This document shows positions 40,040 to 47,867 of a stretch of DNA of 64,000 nucleotides, piece after piece. A program made the translations under genes and the position numbers. Position 1 is the stretch's first letter, and each line of letters opens with the position of its first letter. Location: NCBI GenBank assembly GCA_018812925.1, contig JAHJCU010000004.1:244289-308288 (forward strand). The letters run 5' to 3'. The notes beneath the pieces were generated by a model that did no database searches, was not told where the DNA came from, and saw only the letters and a list, made by a program, of their open reading frames with translations. Source of the DNA: Candidatus Omnitrophota bacterium (GTDB taxonomy: Bacteria; CAIJMQ01).

Positions 40040-40192
40040 TTATTTTAACAAGACAATGCCGCTTACCACAGAAAATATTATTACTGCCCAATTATAAATG
40101 GTCCAAAAGGCATCCTTGTTAATAATCATACCCGCAATCGTAGCAACCGCTAAAACCAACAGCAACCCGCCAATAATCTTATTCTTTTTCAT
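40040..40192 (-). CDS. Small membrane peptide (50 aa), first gene of the deaminase/hydrolase string
   Basis: RBS GGAGGT 8 nt upstream. MKKNKIIGGLLLVLAVATIAGMIINKDAFWTIYNWAVIIFSVVSGIVLLK. Below the ORF-track length cut-off. Confidence 0.4.
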   Translation of the reverse strand: MKKNKIIGGLLLVLAVATIAGMIINKDAFWTIYNWAVIIFSVVSGIVLLK

Positions 40193-40202
40193 ATTAACCT
40201 CC

Positions 40203-40252
40203 ATTCAAGATTTGGGACTGTTTTTTCAATAATGTGTCATTGCAAGACCTGC
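40203..40252. repeat. Short form of the island punctuation element: aagatttgggactgtttttt + gtgtcattgcaagacc
   Basis: Both terminal motifs of the composite element adjacent to each other. Copies of each motif at 40625, 42010, 42735 and 42837, 47690. Confidence 0.7.
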
Positions 40253-40255
40253 TTC

Positions 40256-40588
40256 TTACCTCCCTCGTGAATTGTTGGACATATCTCTGTTGTTTATCTT
40301 AAGTATCGAAAACTTGCTTTCTAAATACTTGTCAAACGGAACCCCACTAAGCACTGCTCCAATGATCCAGCCATATAGAGTACCTGTGAAACCATATTTC
40401 ATGCCACCAAGATACGCCAAGGGAATGCCCGCAAAACAACACCCTAAAAACAACAGTGGCCAGTAGAACCAGTGATGTTTGCCAATAAGCCCTGTATGGC
40501 AAAGTGGACACGGAAATCGTCCGAAAGGAGCCTTGACATACCGCTTCCATGTCAACAGAAAATCACCATTGCATTGTGGGCATTTCAT
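40256..40588 (-). CDS. Zinc-ribbon (CPQC...CPLC) membrane protein, 110 aa
   Basis: N-terminal two CxxC pairs, then 2 TM helices. Confidence 0.45.
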   Translation of the reverse strand: MKCPQCNGDFLLTWKRYVKAPFGRFPCPLCHTGLIGKHHWFYWPLLFLGCCFAGIPLAYLGGMKYGFTGTLYGWIIGAVLSGVPFDKYLESKFSILKINNRDMSNNSRGR

Positions 40589-40624
40589 ACAATAATCCTC
40601 TTTTCAATTACACAAAATCCTTTT

Positions 40625-40644
40625 TAAGATTTGGGACTGTTTTT
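40625..40644 (-). promoter_or_regulatory. Conserved promoter-proximal motif AAAAACAGTCCCAAATCTTA 37 nt upstream of the start codon
   Basis: The same 20-mer sits 15-87 nt upstream of four consecutive transcription-unit starts (40207, 40625, 42010, 42735). Confidence 0.45.
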
Positions 40645-40675
40645 ATTTTAAAAGGCACCATCCCTTTTATTTTAT

Positions 40676-41923
40676 TTAAATAAAAAATAATGGCATAAAT
40701 AAGACGTTCCTTTTTTTGTCAAAAGCAAAATAATTTTCGGAAAGAACAACCATTTTATTCGGCGAATACTTTTCTTTAAAACTAAGTAAAGCTCTGCCGG
40801 TTTTATTGGAATGTAAAGTCGATTTTACCTCTACAGCAGTAATTTGCCCGCGTCTTTCCAATATAAAATCAATTTCCGCATTGGATTTTGTCCGCCAGTA
40901 ATTAATATTATCTTCTTCTTTTAATAATTGGCTCGCTACAAAATTCTCATTTAACTTACCTCTGTCAGTCCTTTGAACTAACTCCTGAAAATTATCTATC
41001 GCAACGTTTCGAAATCCGTTGTCACAAAAATAGACCTTAGGCGATTTGGCAATTTCAACCCTTTTATTTCTATAAAAAGGCATAACTTTTTTTATCAGAA
41101 AGGTCTTTTCCAAAATATTAATATGTTCCAATAGCTTTTTATAATTAAGAGAAGTAATCTGACTTAATTCATTATATACAACCAAAGAACCAGTCTGCAG
41201 AGCCAACGCTTTTATAAGCTTCTGCAATTCCAATTCTGTGCTTAATTGGAGTATATCTCTTATTTCCCTTAACAGATATATATTGTAGATATTTTTCAAT
41301 ACGGTGATTTTTTCTTCTTTGCCATCGGCAATCGCAACTCTGGGATAACCGCCATATATCACATATTCATAATAATATTTGCTTATTTCCTGTATTACTG
41401 CATCGGATACTAGAGGAGGTGTTTTTCTCTTATCCGCAAAATAATTATCTATTTTTTCTTTAACTTCCAAATAGAGATTTTCATAAAGCGCGGGGTTTCT
41501 AAAACTTAAAAATTCCTTAAAACTAAAAGGATAGAGTTGGAATGTAAAAATTCTGCCTACAAGATATTTAAGCGCTTGATTAGTTAAATCCAAAACAGAA
41601 GAACCGGAAATAATAATTTTTGTCTTATGAGTATCGTAAAGATATTTTAATTTCTGTCCGCCTTCTTTTGCATATTGGAATTCATCTATAAACAGATATT
41701 CGGCACCTTTTACATGCAGGTTATAAAATGTCTTAATATCATCATTAAACAAATTAAGAGTATCTCTGTCTTCAAAATCAATATATTTTGCTTTCTTAAG
41801 CGGTTTTGCTATTTGCTTTAAAAGCGTGGTTTTGCCCGATTGACGAGGACCAATAACCGCAAGAATTTCGGGTTTATTCAAATACGACTTGATTTTGTCC
41901 TCTAATTCCCTTTTGATATACAT
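40676..41923 (-). CDS. AAA+ ATPase with C-terminal DUF4143 (COG1373 family)
   Basis: Walker A GPRQSGKTTLL, Walker B FIDEFQ. About 415 aa, typical of this family. Confidence 0.75.
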   Translation of the reverse strand: MYIKRELEDKIKSYLNKPEILAVIGPRQSGKTTLLKQIAKPLKKAKYIDFEDRDTLNLFNDDIKTFYNLHVKGAEYLFIDEFQYAKEGGQKLKYLYDTHKTKIIISGSSVLDLTNQALKYLVGRIFTFQLYPFSFKEFLSFRNPALYENLYLEVKEKIDNYFADKRKTPPLVSDAVIQEISKYYYEYVIYGGYPRVAIADGKEEKITVLKNIYNIYLLREIRDILQLSTELELQKLIKALALQTGSLVVYNELSQITSLNYKKLLEHINILEKTFLIKKVMPFYRNKRVEIAKSPKVYFCDNGFRNVAIDNFQELVQRTDRGKLNENFVASQLLKEEDNINYWRTKSNAEIDFILERRGQITAVEVKSTLHSNKTGRALLSFKEKYSPNKMVVLSENYFAFDKKRNVLFMPLFFI

Positions 41924-42002
41924 AATTTTACCCCTGCTATTCTTTACTTTTGTTAAATTATAGCAGGTTTATTTTTAATGTCAAGGGATGAATTTCAAAA
42001 GA

Positions 42003-42155
42003 TGAAGAGTTAAGATTTGGGACTGTTTTTCGAAGTCCCCCTATTGGGGGACGAAGCCCCCATCGCCAGTTTTGCGAGCGGAGCGAGTGAAACTATGCAC
42101 TGTCCCCACTGCTAGTTTTGCGGAAGCAAAACTGTGGGGAGGGGTATACCCCTTT
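42003..42155. repeat. Composite element: ttaagatttgggactgttttt + family B hairpin core + ggggaggggtatacccctttttatttc
   Basis: Compare 42735-42858 and 504-606. Confidence 0.75.
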
Positions 42156-42698
42156 TTATTTCTTATCAACAGATTTATAATAAGCATTGGTGATTTTAAT
42201 TTCGTAATGGTCAAATTTGGGAATTGGCGCTTTATCACAGCCACTACAATCTACTACAAAATTCTCTTCCTCGCCAGGACGAAGGGTCCCTCTAATATAT
42301 TCAGAACATTCGTATACAAATTTCCCTTCTTTATCGAATAGTTCAACTTCAATATTAATTGAACCCCATGCATCGCTACCCGTATTAGCAACAACTCCAA
42401 CCACATTGAAGCTGTCTTCTGTTGGGAACCATTCGTGATGAGATTTGATTATCAGTCCTGAATCCTGACTAAAGTCTCTATACGTATAATCAAAACTTTT
42501 CTCAACCTTCTTCCCTATAAAATATATAGCTGTAAACATAATTGCAATGAATAAAAAACCATAAATGAAACCGGAGAGAGGATGATGTATAAAAACTGAA
42601 AACTTTGTCTGCCAATGATGGCAATGCGGACACCTTTTGGCACGACTATCAATCTGCTGATAACAAGACTTGCACTCCTTCATTTGTTTTTCATCCAT
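42156..42698 (-). CDS. Zinc-ribbon (CKSC...CPHC) membrane protein with about 120-aa extracytoplasmic domain, 180 aa
   Basis: Same architecture as 40256-40588 (N-terminal zinc ribbon, then TM) with a larger C-terminal domain. Confidence 0.45.
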   Translation of the reverse strand: MDEKQMKECKSCYQQIDSRAKRCPHCHHWQTKFSVFIHHPLSGFIYGFLFIAIMFTAIYFIGKKVEKSFDYTYRDFSQDSGLIIKSHHEWFPTEDSFNVVGVVANTGSDAWGSINIEVELFDKEGKFVYECSEYIRGTLRPGEEENFVVDCSGCDKAPIPKFDHYEIKITNAYYKSVDKK

Positions 42699-42734
42699 TT
42701 TCCCCTCCTTTTAATTTTTAAGAATATAGCATAG

Positions 42735-42858
42735 ATTAAGATTTGGGACTGTTTTTCGAAGTCCCCCTATTTGGGGGACGAAGCCCCCATCGCTAGTTTT
42801 ACGAGCGGAGCGAGTGAAACTATGGGGGTACTCTTCTGTCATTGCAAAACCTGACCAT
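42735..42858. repeat. Full-length composite element (ttaagatttgggactgttttt - gaagtccccc...gggggac - cccatcgctagttttacg...gaaactatggggg - tgtcattgcaaaacc)
   Basis: Near-identical to 42010-42100 over about 90 nt. Confidence 0.75.
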
Positions 42859-42880
42859 ATTTATTCGGTATTTCTTCATT

Positions 42881-44395
42881 CTAAAATTCGAATTGTTTTC
42901 CTTTTACTGCCGGAGCCCTTTTTAATACTTCTATTGAGTGTGAAGTAGGAATATTTAGTCTTGCGCCATTTAGCACTTCTTCAATTGTAACAATATTTAC
43001 AACAGGATATTTTGTCCCAGTTAAGTTATAAGCATAAGAACCTGCACTTTTAGATTCTGCAACCATAGGTTTTGTTGGAGATTCTAATGTTAAAAATATA
43101 CCCATAACTGCATCTTCCCTTCTCATGGCGCCTTCTAAATCTCTTATATCTCCCGATTTTATTTGTTCACCCGATTTAACCGAGAAAAGTATTTTTTTAT
43201 AAACATCCTTATCTTTTAATCTATCATCTAAAATAAAAGCAGTCCCATCTATACCCTTATCTGCCCCCTTCTTTTCGTTAATTATTGCTCTATTGTTTGT
43301 ATAAGTTAATACAGCCCATTTTTCAAATTCTTTTCTTAATCTGTCATCTTTTTTGTTTGCTAAAGCCCTTGCTGATTCTATGTCTTTAGGTATCCCATCT
43401 AAATGAATTTTATTCAAAACATCTTTACCAAAACTATCTTCAAGCCGTCTTAAAATAACACTGATACTTTGATAGGTAATATCAATTCCAACCCATCTTC
43501 TCTTTAATTTTTCTGCGACTGCAATAGAAGTTCCACATCCACAATAAGCATCTAAAATTATATTCCCTTCATTGCTACTTGCTTTGATTATTTGTTCTAA
43601 TAACTTTTCTGGCTTCTGTGTCGGATAACCTTGTCGTTCATTTCCAATTGGCGATATTTGAGGAATTATCCATACATCATTCATTTTTGTCCCATCTTCA
43701 TTAAAATAAACTTTGTATGGCGTTATATTCTTACCCTTTTTCCAGTAAAATTTCTTTCCATCTTCATCGTGTTCCCACGGATGGTTTTTAAGATTTGTTT
43801 CCTGATATGGTTGAAAAAGTGTATTAAATATAAAATCGTTTGTTTTTGAATATCTGAAAATAATGTCGTGCATTGTTTGAAAATCCCTACTCACGCCAGT
43901 ATATCTTCTATAATGCCAAATGAGTTCATTTCTAAAATCTCCCCCTTTAGGGCAAAATATTGCATCCAAAATTAACTTTAAATAATGACTTGCAGTAGGG
44001 TCGCAATGAAGATAAAAACTTCCTGTTGGTTTTAAAACTCTCTGAATTTCTGCAATTCGCAAAGTCATACTAACTAAATAAGCTAATAAACTTCCCTTAC
44101 CTAAGACTTTTGACAATCCCAATATTAAGTCAATGCTTTGTACAGTAAAAACTCCATTGTAATTTTCTGTTATTTGTTTAAGACCTTCATTCGCTTTATC
44201 GTCCCATTCCCAAGTATCAATAAATGCCTGTGCCTGTGCTTTGTCTTCCTCGCCCTTATTAAGATAAATTTGATTGTAAGTTCTTTTTGAATTAAAGGGA
44301 GGGTCAATGTAGCATAGGTCAATACTATTATCTTTAATCTTTTTCCTGAGTATTTCTAAATTATCGCCATAATAAAGTTTATTTTTGAATTCCAT
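42881..44395 (-). CDS. DNA methyltransferase (beta-class N6-A/N4-C; motif IV DPPF before motif I) fused to C-terminal Mrr-like restriction endonuclease domain
   Basis: CYIDPPFNS (motif IV). ILDAYCGCGTS (motif I). C-terminal GADKGIDGTAFILDD...ILFSVKSGEQIKSGDIRDLEGAM resembles the Mrr_cat GxDxGIDG...QxK core. Confidence 0.75.
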   Translation of the reverse strand: MEFKNKLYYGDNLEILRKKIKDNSIDLCYIDPPFNSKRTYNQIYLNKGEEDKAQAQAFIDTWEWDDKANEGLKQITENYNGVFTVQSIDLILGLSKVLGKGSLLAYLVSMTLRIAEIQRVLKPTGSFYLHCDPTASHYLKLILDAIFCPKGGDFRNELIWHYRRYTGVSRDFQTMHDIIFRYSKTNDFIFNTLFQPYQETNLKNHPWEHDEDGKKFYWKKGKNITPYKVYFNEDGTKMNDVWIIPQISPIGNERQGYPTQKPEKLLEQIIKASSNEGNIILDAYCGCGTSIAVAEKLKRRWVGIDITYQSISVILRRLEDSFGKDVLNKIHLDGIPKDIESARALANKKDDRLRKEFEKWAVLTYTNNRAIINEKKGADKGIDGTAFILDDRLKDKDVYKKILFSVKSGEQIKSGDIRDLEGAMRREDAVMGIFLTLESPTKPMVAESKSAGSYAYNLTGTKYPVVNIVTIEEVLNGARLNIPTSHSIEVLKRAPAVKGKQFEF

Positions 44396-44774
44396 TAATC
44401 CCTCCTTTTCTGTCCTTTAATTTTATTCATTAAATATAGTGAAAGGCTTAAGTAGCAGGTCACAACCATTGTCGGTTATAATTGTCTACACCTTGTTGTA
44501 TTTCGCCTATTAAAATTTCCCTTGGAATCTAAAAATACACCAAAGCAGGGGATAGCGCCTGCTATTCCTTTGCCAAGCCTTTCACAAAACACAACCCTTC
44601 TAGATCCCTTTAACAAGATTATCCAAAGACCCTGAGGAACAATCTCAGGGTTTTCTCTGGGTCTTAATTATGGGAAGGCATGGGTATGCTTCGTTAAAAA
44701 AGCACTTATGTGCTTCATAGCATACCTCCTTTCGGATTGTATCGTTATTAAAACTACTCTTTCAGAGAACGTAT

Positions 44775-44815
44775 GTGTATAATATAATCTCTTAAACAAT
44801 AATAATCAACAAAGA
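44775..44815. repeat. 40-bp direct repeat copy 1 (tgtgtataatataatctcttaaacaataataatcaac). Contains TATAAT.
   Basis: Copy 2 at 47818-47858 immediately upstream of cmk. The two copies bracket the SBP-like/GGDEF module. Confidence 0.7.
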
Positions 44816-44921
44816 TGTTATTGCGAGGTCCGATGACTTTGAAAAGAGCGAGCACCGGACTTCTTCTAACAGTATCTTAAATGCGAAATTTTTACTATAA
44901 TCGCTGATAGGTCTCATAAAA

Positions 44922-46151
44922 ATGGAAAAAGAAATTCTAAAATTCTGGCTGATGCCCAATTCGGGCTTTGAAACCGCAGAGATAATCGATACGGAAATTA
45001 AAGAGTTCACAAAAAAGAATCCATCCGTTGACGTTCAATACGATATTATTCCTTGGGCGCGCGCTTGGGAAAGGATTGTAGAGCACATTAAAAATAAATC
45101 CTGCCCCGATGTTATCCAAATAGGCAATTCGTGGAGCGGAACGCTTTCCATGTTTAAATCTTTTGCCGATATTTCAAAATATAAAAAAGAAATAGTAAAA
45201 AAGAATTTTTTGTTTGATGTTGTCGGCTCTTCTCCGCTGACGAGTAATGACGGCAACAACTGCCTTCCGTGGTTCGCTGATATACGCATTTTATATTATC
45301 GAAAAGATATTTTAGAGAAATACCATATCCCCACAGAATGGCTGGATACATGGGAAGGAATTGTTCGTGTTTGCGAGAAACTAAAAAAAATAGACGAACA
45401 AGGTATATCCCCAATTGGAGTTTCGGGACAATTTGAACAGACACTTGTCCAAGATATTGCCTGCTGGATATGGAACGCGGGCGGAGATTTCTTTTCTAGA
45501 GACAAGGGGAAAATCTTAATAAATCAAAAAGAGTCAATCAACGGCATGGAGTTTTATTTTGACTTAATTAACAACTATTCTTCTAAGGAAGCTCTGTTTA
45601 AAAACTACAGCTATGTCGCAGACAACTTTTTCTTAAGGGATAAATATGCGCTGTATTTCTCGAGTCCGTGGCACCTCGTGACCTTCCTGAGCAAAAACAA
45701 TCCGCATTTCAGTAAAAAGTTGCACAAAAAGATAGGCATAGCTTTATTTCCTAAGAGCACTCTTCAGAGAACTACTTTTCGCGGAGGTAGCGACCTTGCT
45801 ATTATGAGGTCTACTTCTATGTTTAAGGAATCTCTTGAATTGATTAAATTTCTGGTTTCCAGACAGTCCCAGGCAAGATATTGTAAGAATATCGGAATGC
45901 TCCCGTCAAATATGAAAGCTTTTGAATCAATATATATACAAAATACAACTCAGAAGAAAATACTAAAAGAATCCTATAAAATAGGTAGGGGATTCCCTAA
46001 TCATTTATACTGGGGCAGCATGGAAATAATTGTGGCGCGGTCTTTCTCCAAAATAATGAAGAAAATTGCGGAGAACAGATACAACCATAATATTTTAAAG
46101 AAAGAGATTGACTATCTTGCGGAACAGATGGAATACGTAATAAATTTATAA
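44922..46151 (+). CDS. Family-1 extracellular solute-binding protein homologue lacking a signal peptide (cytoplasmic SBP-like)
   Basis: The sequence begins directly with the mature-SBP beta-strand (EILKFWLMPNSG...IQIGNSWSGTL; cf. MalE LVIWINGDKG...FGGYA). No hydrophobic leader. Confidence 0.65.
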   Translation: MEKEILKFWLMPNSGFETAEIIDTEIKEFTKKNPSVDVQYDIIPWARAWERIVEHIKNKSCPDVIQIGNSWSGTLSMFKSFADISKYKKEIVKKNFLFDVVGSSPLTSNDGNNCLPWFADIRILYYRKDILEKYHIPTEWLDTWEGIVRVCEKLKKIDEQGISPIGVSGQFEQTLVQDIACWIWNAGGDFFSRDKGKILINQKESINGMEFYFDLINNYSSKEALFKNYSYVADNFFLRDKYALYFSSPWHLVTFLSKNNPHFSKKLHKKIGIALFPKSTLQRTTFRGGSDLAIMRSTSMFKESLELIKFLVSRQSQARYCKNIGMLPSNMKAFESIYIQNTTQKKILKESYKIGRGFPNHLYWGSMEIIVARSFSKIMKKIAENRYNHNILKKEIDYLAEQMEYVINL

Positions 46152-46160
46152 AAAGTATTC

Positions 46161-47627
46161 ATGATTAAAATAAAGAGAATAAAAGAGATTCTGCGGATTA
46201 ACAGGCACTTGAAAGCATTAAATCGAATCAGCCAGAGTTTCCATTTTCTCAACGATATAAAAATACCATTGAAGATGGTTATAGAAAATATCTTAAAAGA
46301 GATGAAACTTGATGAAACCACAATACTTTTATACAAGAAAGAAAGCAAAGCTCTCTACTCTATTTTATTTGCTACCGAAAGAGGCATTCAAGAAGGAGAA
46401 GAATTTATACTGATAGAGCCAAACGACTTTTTTGCTTCTCTTTTATCTAATGAAACAAAATATAAGTATTTGCCGAAAGAGTTTACCCTCTATATCCCGA
46501 TAAAGTATAGAAATTTGCCTATTGGTATTCTGCGGGCAAGAAACGACACATCAAAAAGACCGATTAATAAGAAATATATCCAACTTCTGGTTGATTACAC
46601 AAATATAATTGCATCAGGGATATATGATGTCAACAGGTCTTCTGAAAATCAGAAGTTTCTAAATAAGTTAGTGGCGTTATCAAACATCACTATATCAGCC
46701 ATCAGCACTCTGGAGAAAAAAAGAATATTGGGCATTATTTTAAAAGATATTGTTATGAGTCTCGGATTTGACAGGGTAAAACTTTATCTTATGAATGACA
46801 AAGGGGACTCATTAAACGGAGTTATGTCATTTGATATAAGGGGAAGAATAAAAATCATAAAAAATGAGAAATATCCTATCGGCAAGGGAACAAACAGGTT
46901 TTATAACGAGTTAATTGCGCGGCAAAAAAGAATGTTTAAATTAAATAAAGATATTTTTGGGCTAGTTAAAGTTTTCCCTATGAAAGTTAAAAACCAGATT
47001 ATTGGATTTATGGAAGTGGACAATATTTTCAGTCGTCAGATTATCAGCAAGGAAGACATAGATCATCTTAAATTATTCATCAATCAGACGAGCATTGCAA
47101 TAGAAAACGCCCGCCTTTACAACAGGGTAACGGAACTTTCAATAAAAGATGAACTTTCGGGTCTTTATAATGCCCGCCATTTCTATCAGCAATTAGAAAA
47201 TGAACTGGCAAGGATAGAAAGATACCAAAACCCTCTTGCTATAATTATGATAGATATCGACTACTTCAAAAAATACAACGATAATTACGGACATCTGACA
47301 GGCGACAATATTATAAGGGATATCGGTGAAATAATTTCCAACAGCGTGCGAACAATTGATATCCCGGCGCGTTACGGCGGGGACGAATTCATAGTACTAT
47401 TAGTTAACTGTTCGCTTGACCAGGCGGTTAAAGTCGCCCAAAGAATTAAAAGGGGAGTTGACAATAGCAATTTTACGTTTAAAGGAAAAAAATTAAAGAT
47501 TACAGTAAGTATGGGAGTAGCAGTCCATCCCCCCAGAAAAATATCAGGTAAGGAACTTGTGAAATTAGCAGACAGTTCTCTTTATAAAGCAAAACAGGCA
47601 GGAAGAAACAAAATCTACCCGAGTTAG
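46161..47627 (+). CDS. Diguanylate cyclase (tandem GAF-like N-terminal region + GGDEF), cytoplasmic
   Basis: RYGGDEF active site, IMIDIDYFKKYND. No TM segments. 9-nt gap from the SBP-like gene. Confidence 0.85.
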   Translation: MIKIKRIKEILRINRHLKALNRISQSFHFLNDIKIPLKMVIENILKEMKLDETTILLYKKESKALYSILFATERGIQEGEEFILIEPNDFFASLLSNETKYKYLPKEFTLYIPIKYRNLPIGILRARNDTSKRPINKKYIQLLVDYTNIIASGIYDVNRSSENQKFLNKLVALSNITISAISTLEKKRILGIILKDIVMSLGFDRVKLYLMNDKGDSLNGVMSFDIRGRIKIIKNEKYPIGKGTNRFYNELIARQKRMFKLNKDIFGLVKVFPMKVKNQIIGFMEVDNIFSRQIISKEDIDHLKLFINQTSIAIENARLYNRVTELSIKDELSGLYNARHFYQQLENELARIERYQNPLAIIMIDIDYFKKYNDNYGHLTGDNIIRDIGEIISNSVRTIDIPARYGGDEFIVLLVNCSLDQAVKVAQRIKRGVDNSNFTFKGKKLKITVSMGVAVHPPRKISGKELVKLADSSLYKAKQAGRNKIYPS

Positions 47628-47639
47628 AAATTCCACAAA

Positions 47640-47760
47640 AGCCCCCATTACCAGTCTCGCCATTATATCTTTGGTAGACTGTGGGGGAGTGTCATTGCAA
47701 GACCCGAAGTCCCCATTGCCAGTTTTGCGAACGCAAAACTATGGGGATGACCCCATTTTT
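47640..47760. repeat. Family B-type hairpin element ending in terminator-like stem (ccccattgccagttttgcgaacgcaaaactatgggg) + ATTTTT
   Basis: Shares gtgtcattgcaagaccc and cagttttgcg...gcaaaactatgggg with the island elements. Confidence 0.65.
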
Positions 47761-47817
47761 AGGCTATTTCTTATCGCCATTTTTTAGGTTCTCATATCCA
47801 ACAACTATACGGCAATT

Positions 47818-47858
47818 TTCCTGTATAATATAGCCTCTTAAACAATAATAATCAACTA
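47818..47858. repeat. 40-bp direct repeat copy 2 (tgtataatatagcctcttaaacaataataatcaac). Probable cmk promoter/leader.
   Basis: See 44775-44815. Confidence 0.7.
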
Positions 47859-47867
47859 AGGAGAGCA

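Noticed and set aside
42134-42160. ggggtatacccctttttatttc as a plus-strand intrinsic terminator
   Set aside because: Both flanking genes are on the minus strand, so a plus-strand terminator has nothing to terminate. More likely it is part of the composite repeat.
37642-44395. Classical integron (attC array) interpretation of the island
   Set aside because: No intI-like tyrosine recombinase in the window. The repeats lack recognisable R'/R'' core sites (GTTRRRY / RYYYAAC) and belong to a family also found outside the island. Retained only as an analogy.
44704-44754. 16-codon minus-strand ORF (MKHISAFLTKHTHAFP) behind a strong GGAGGT RBS
   Set aside because: Too short to support without conservation data. 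Kept only as part of the structured-intergenic finding.
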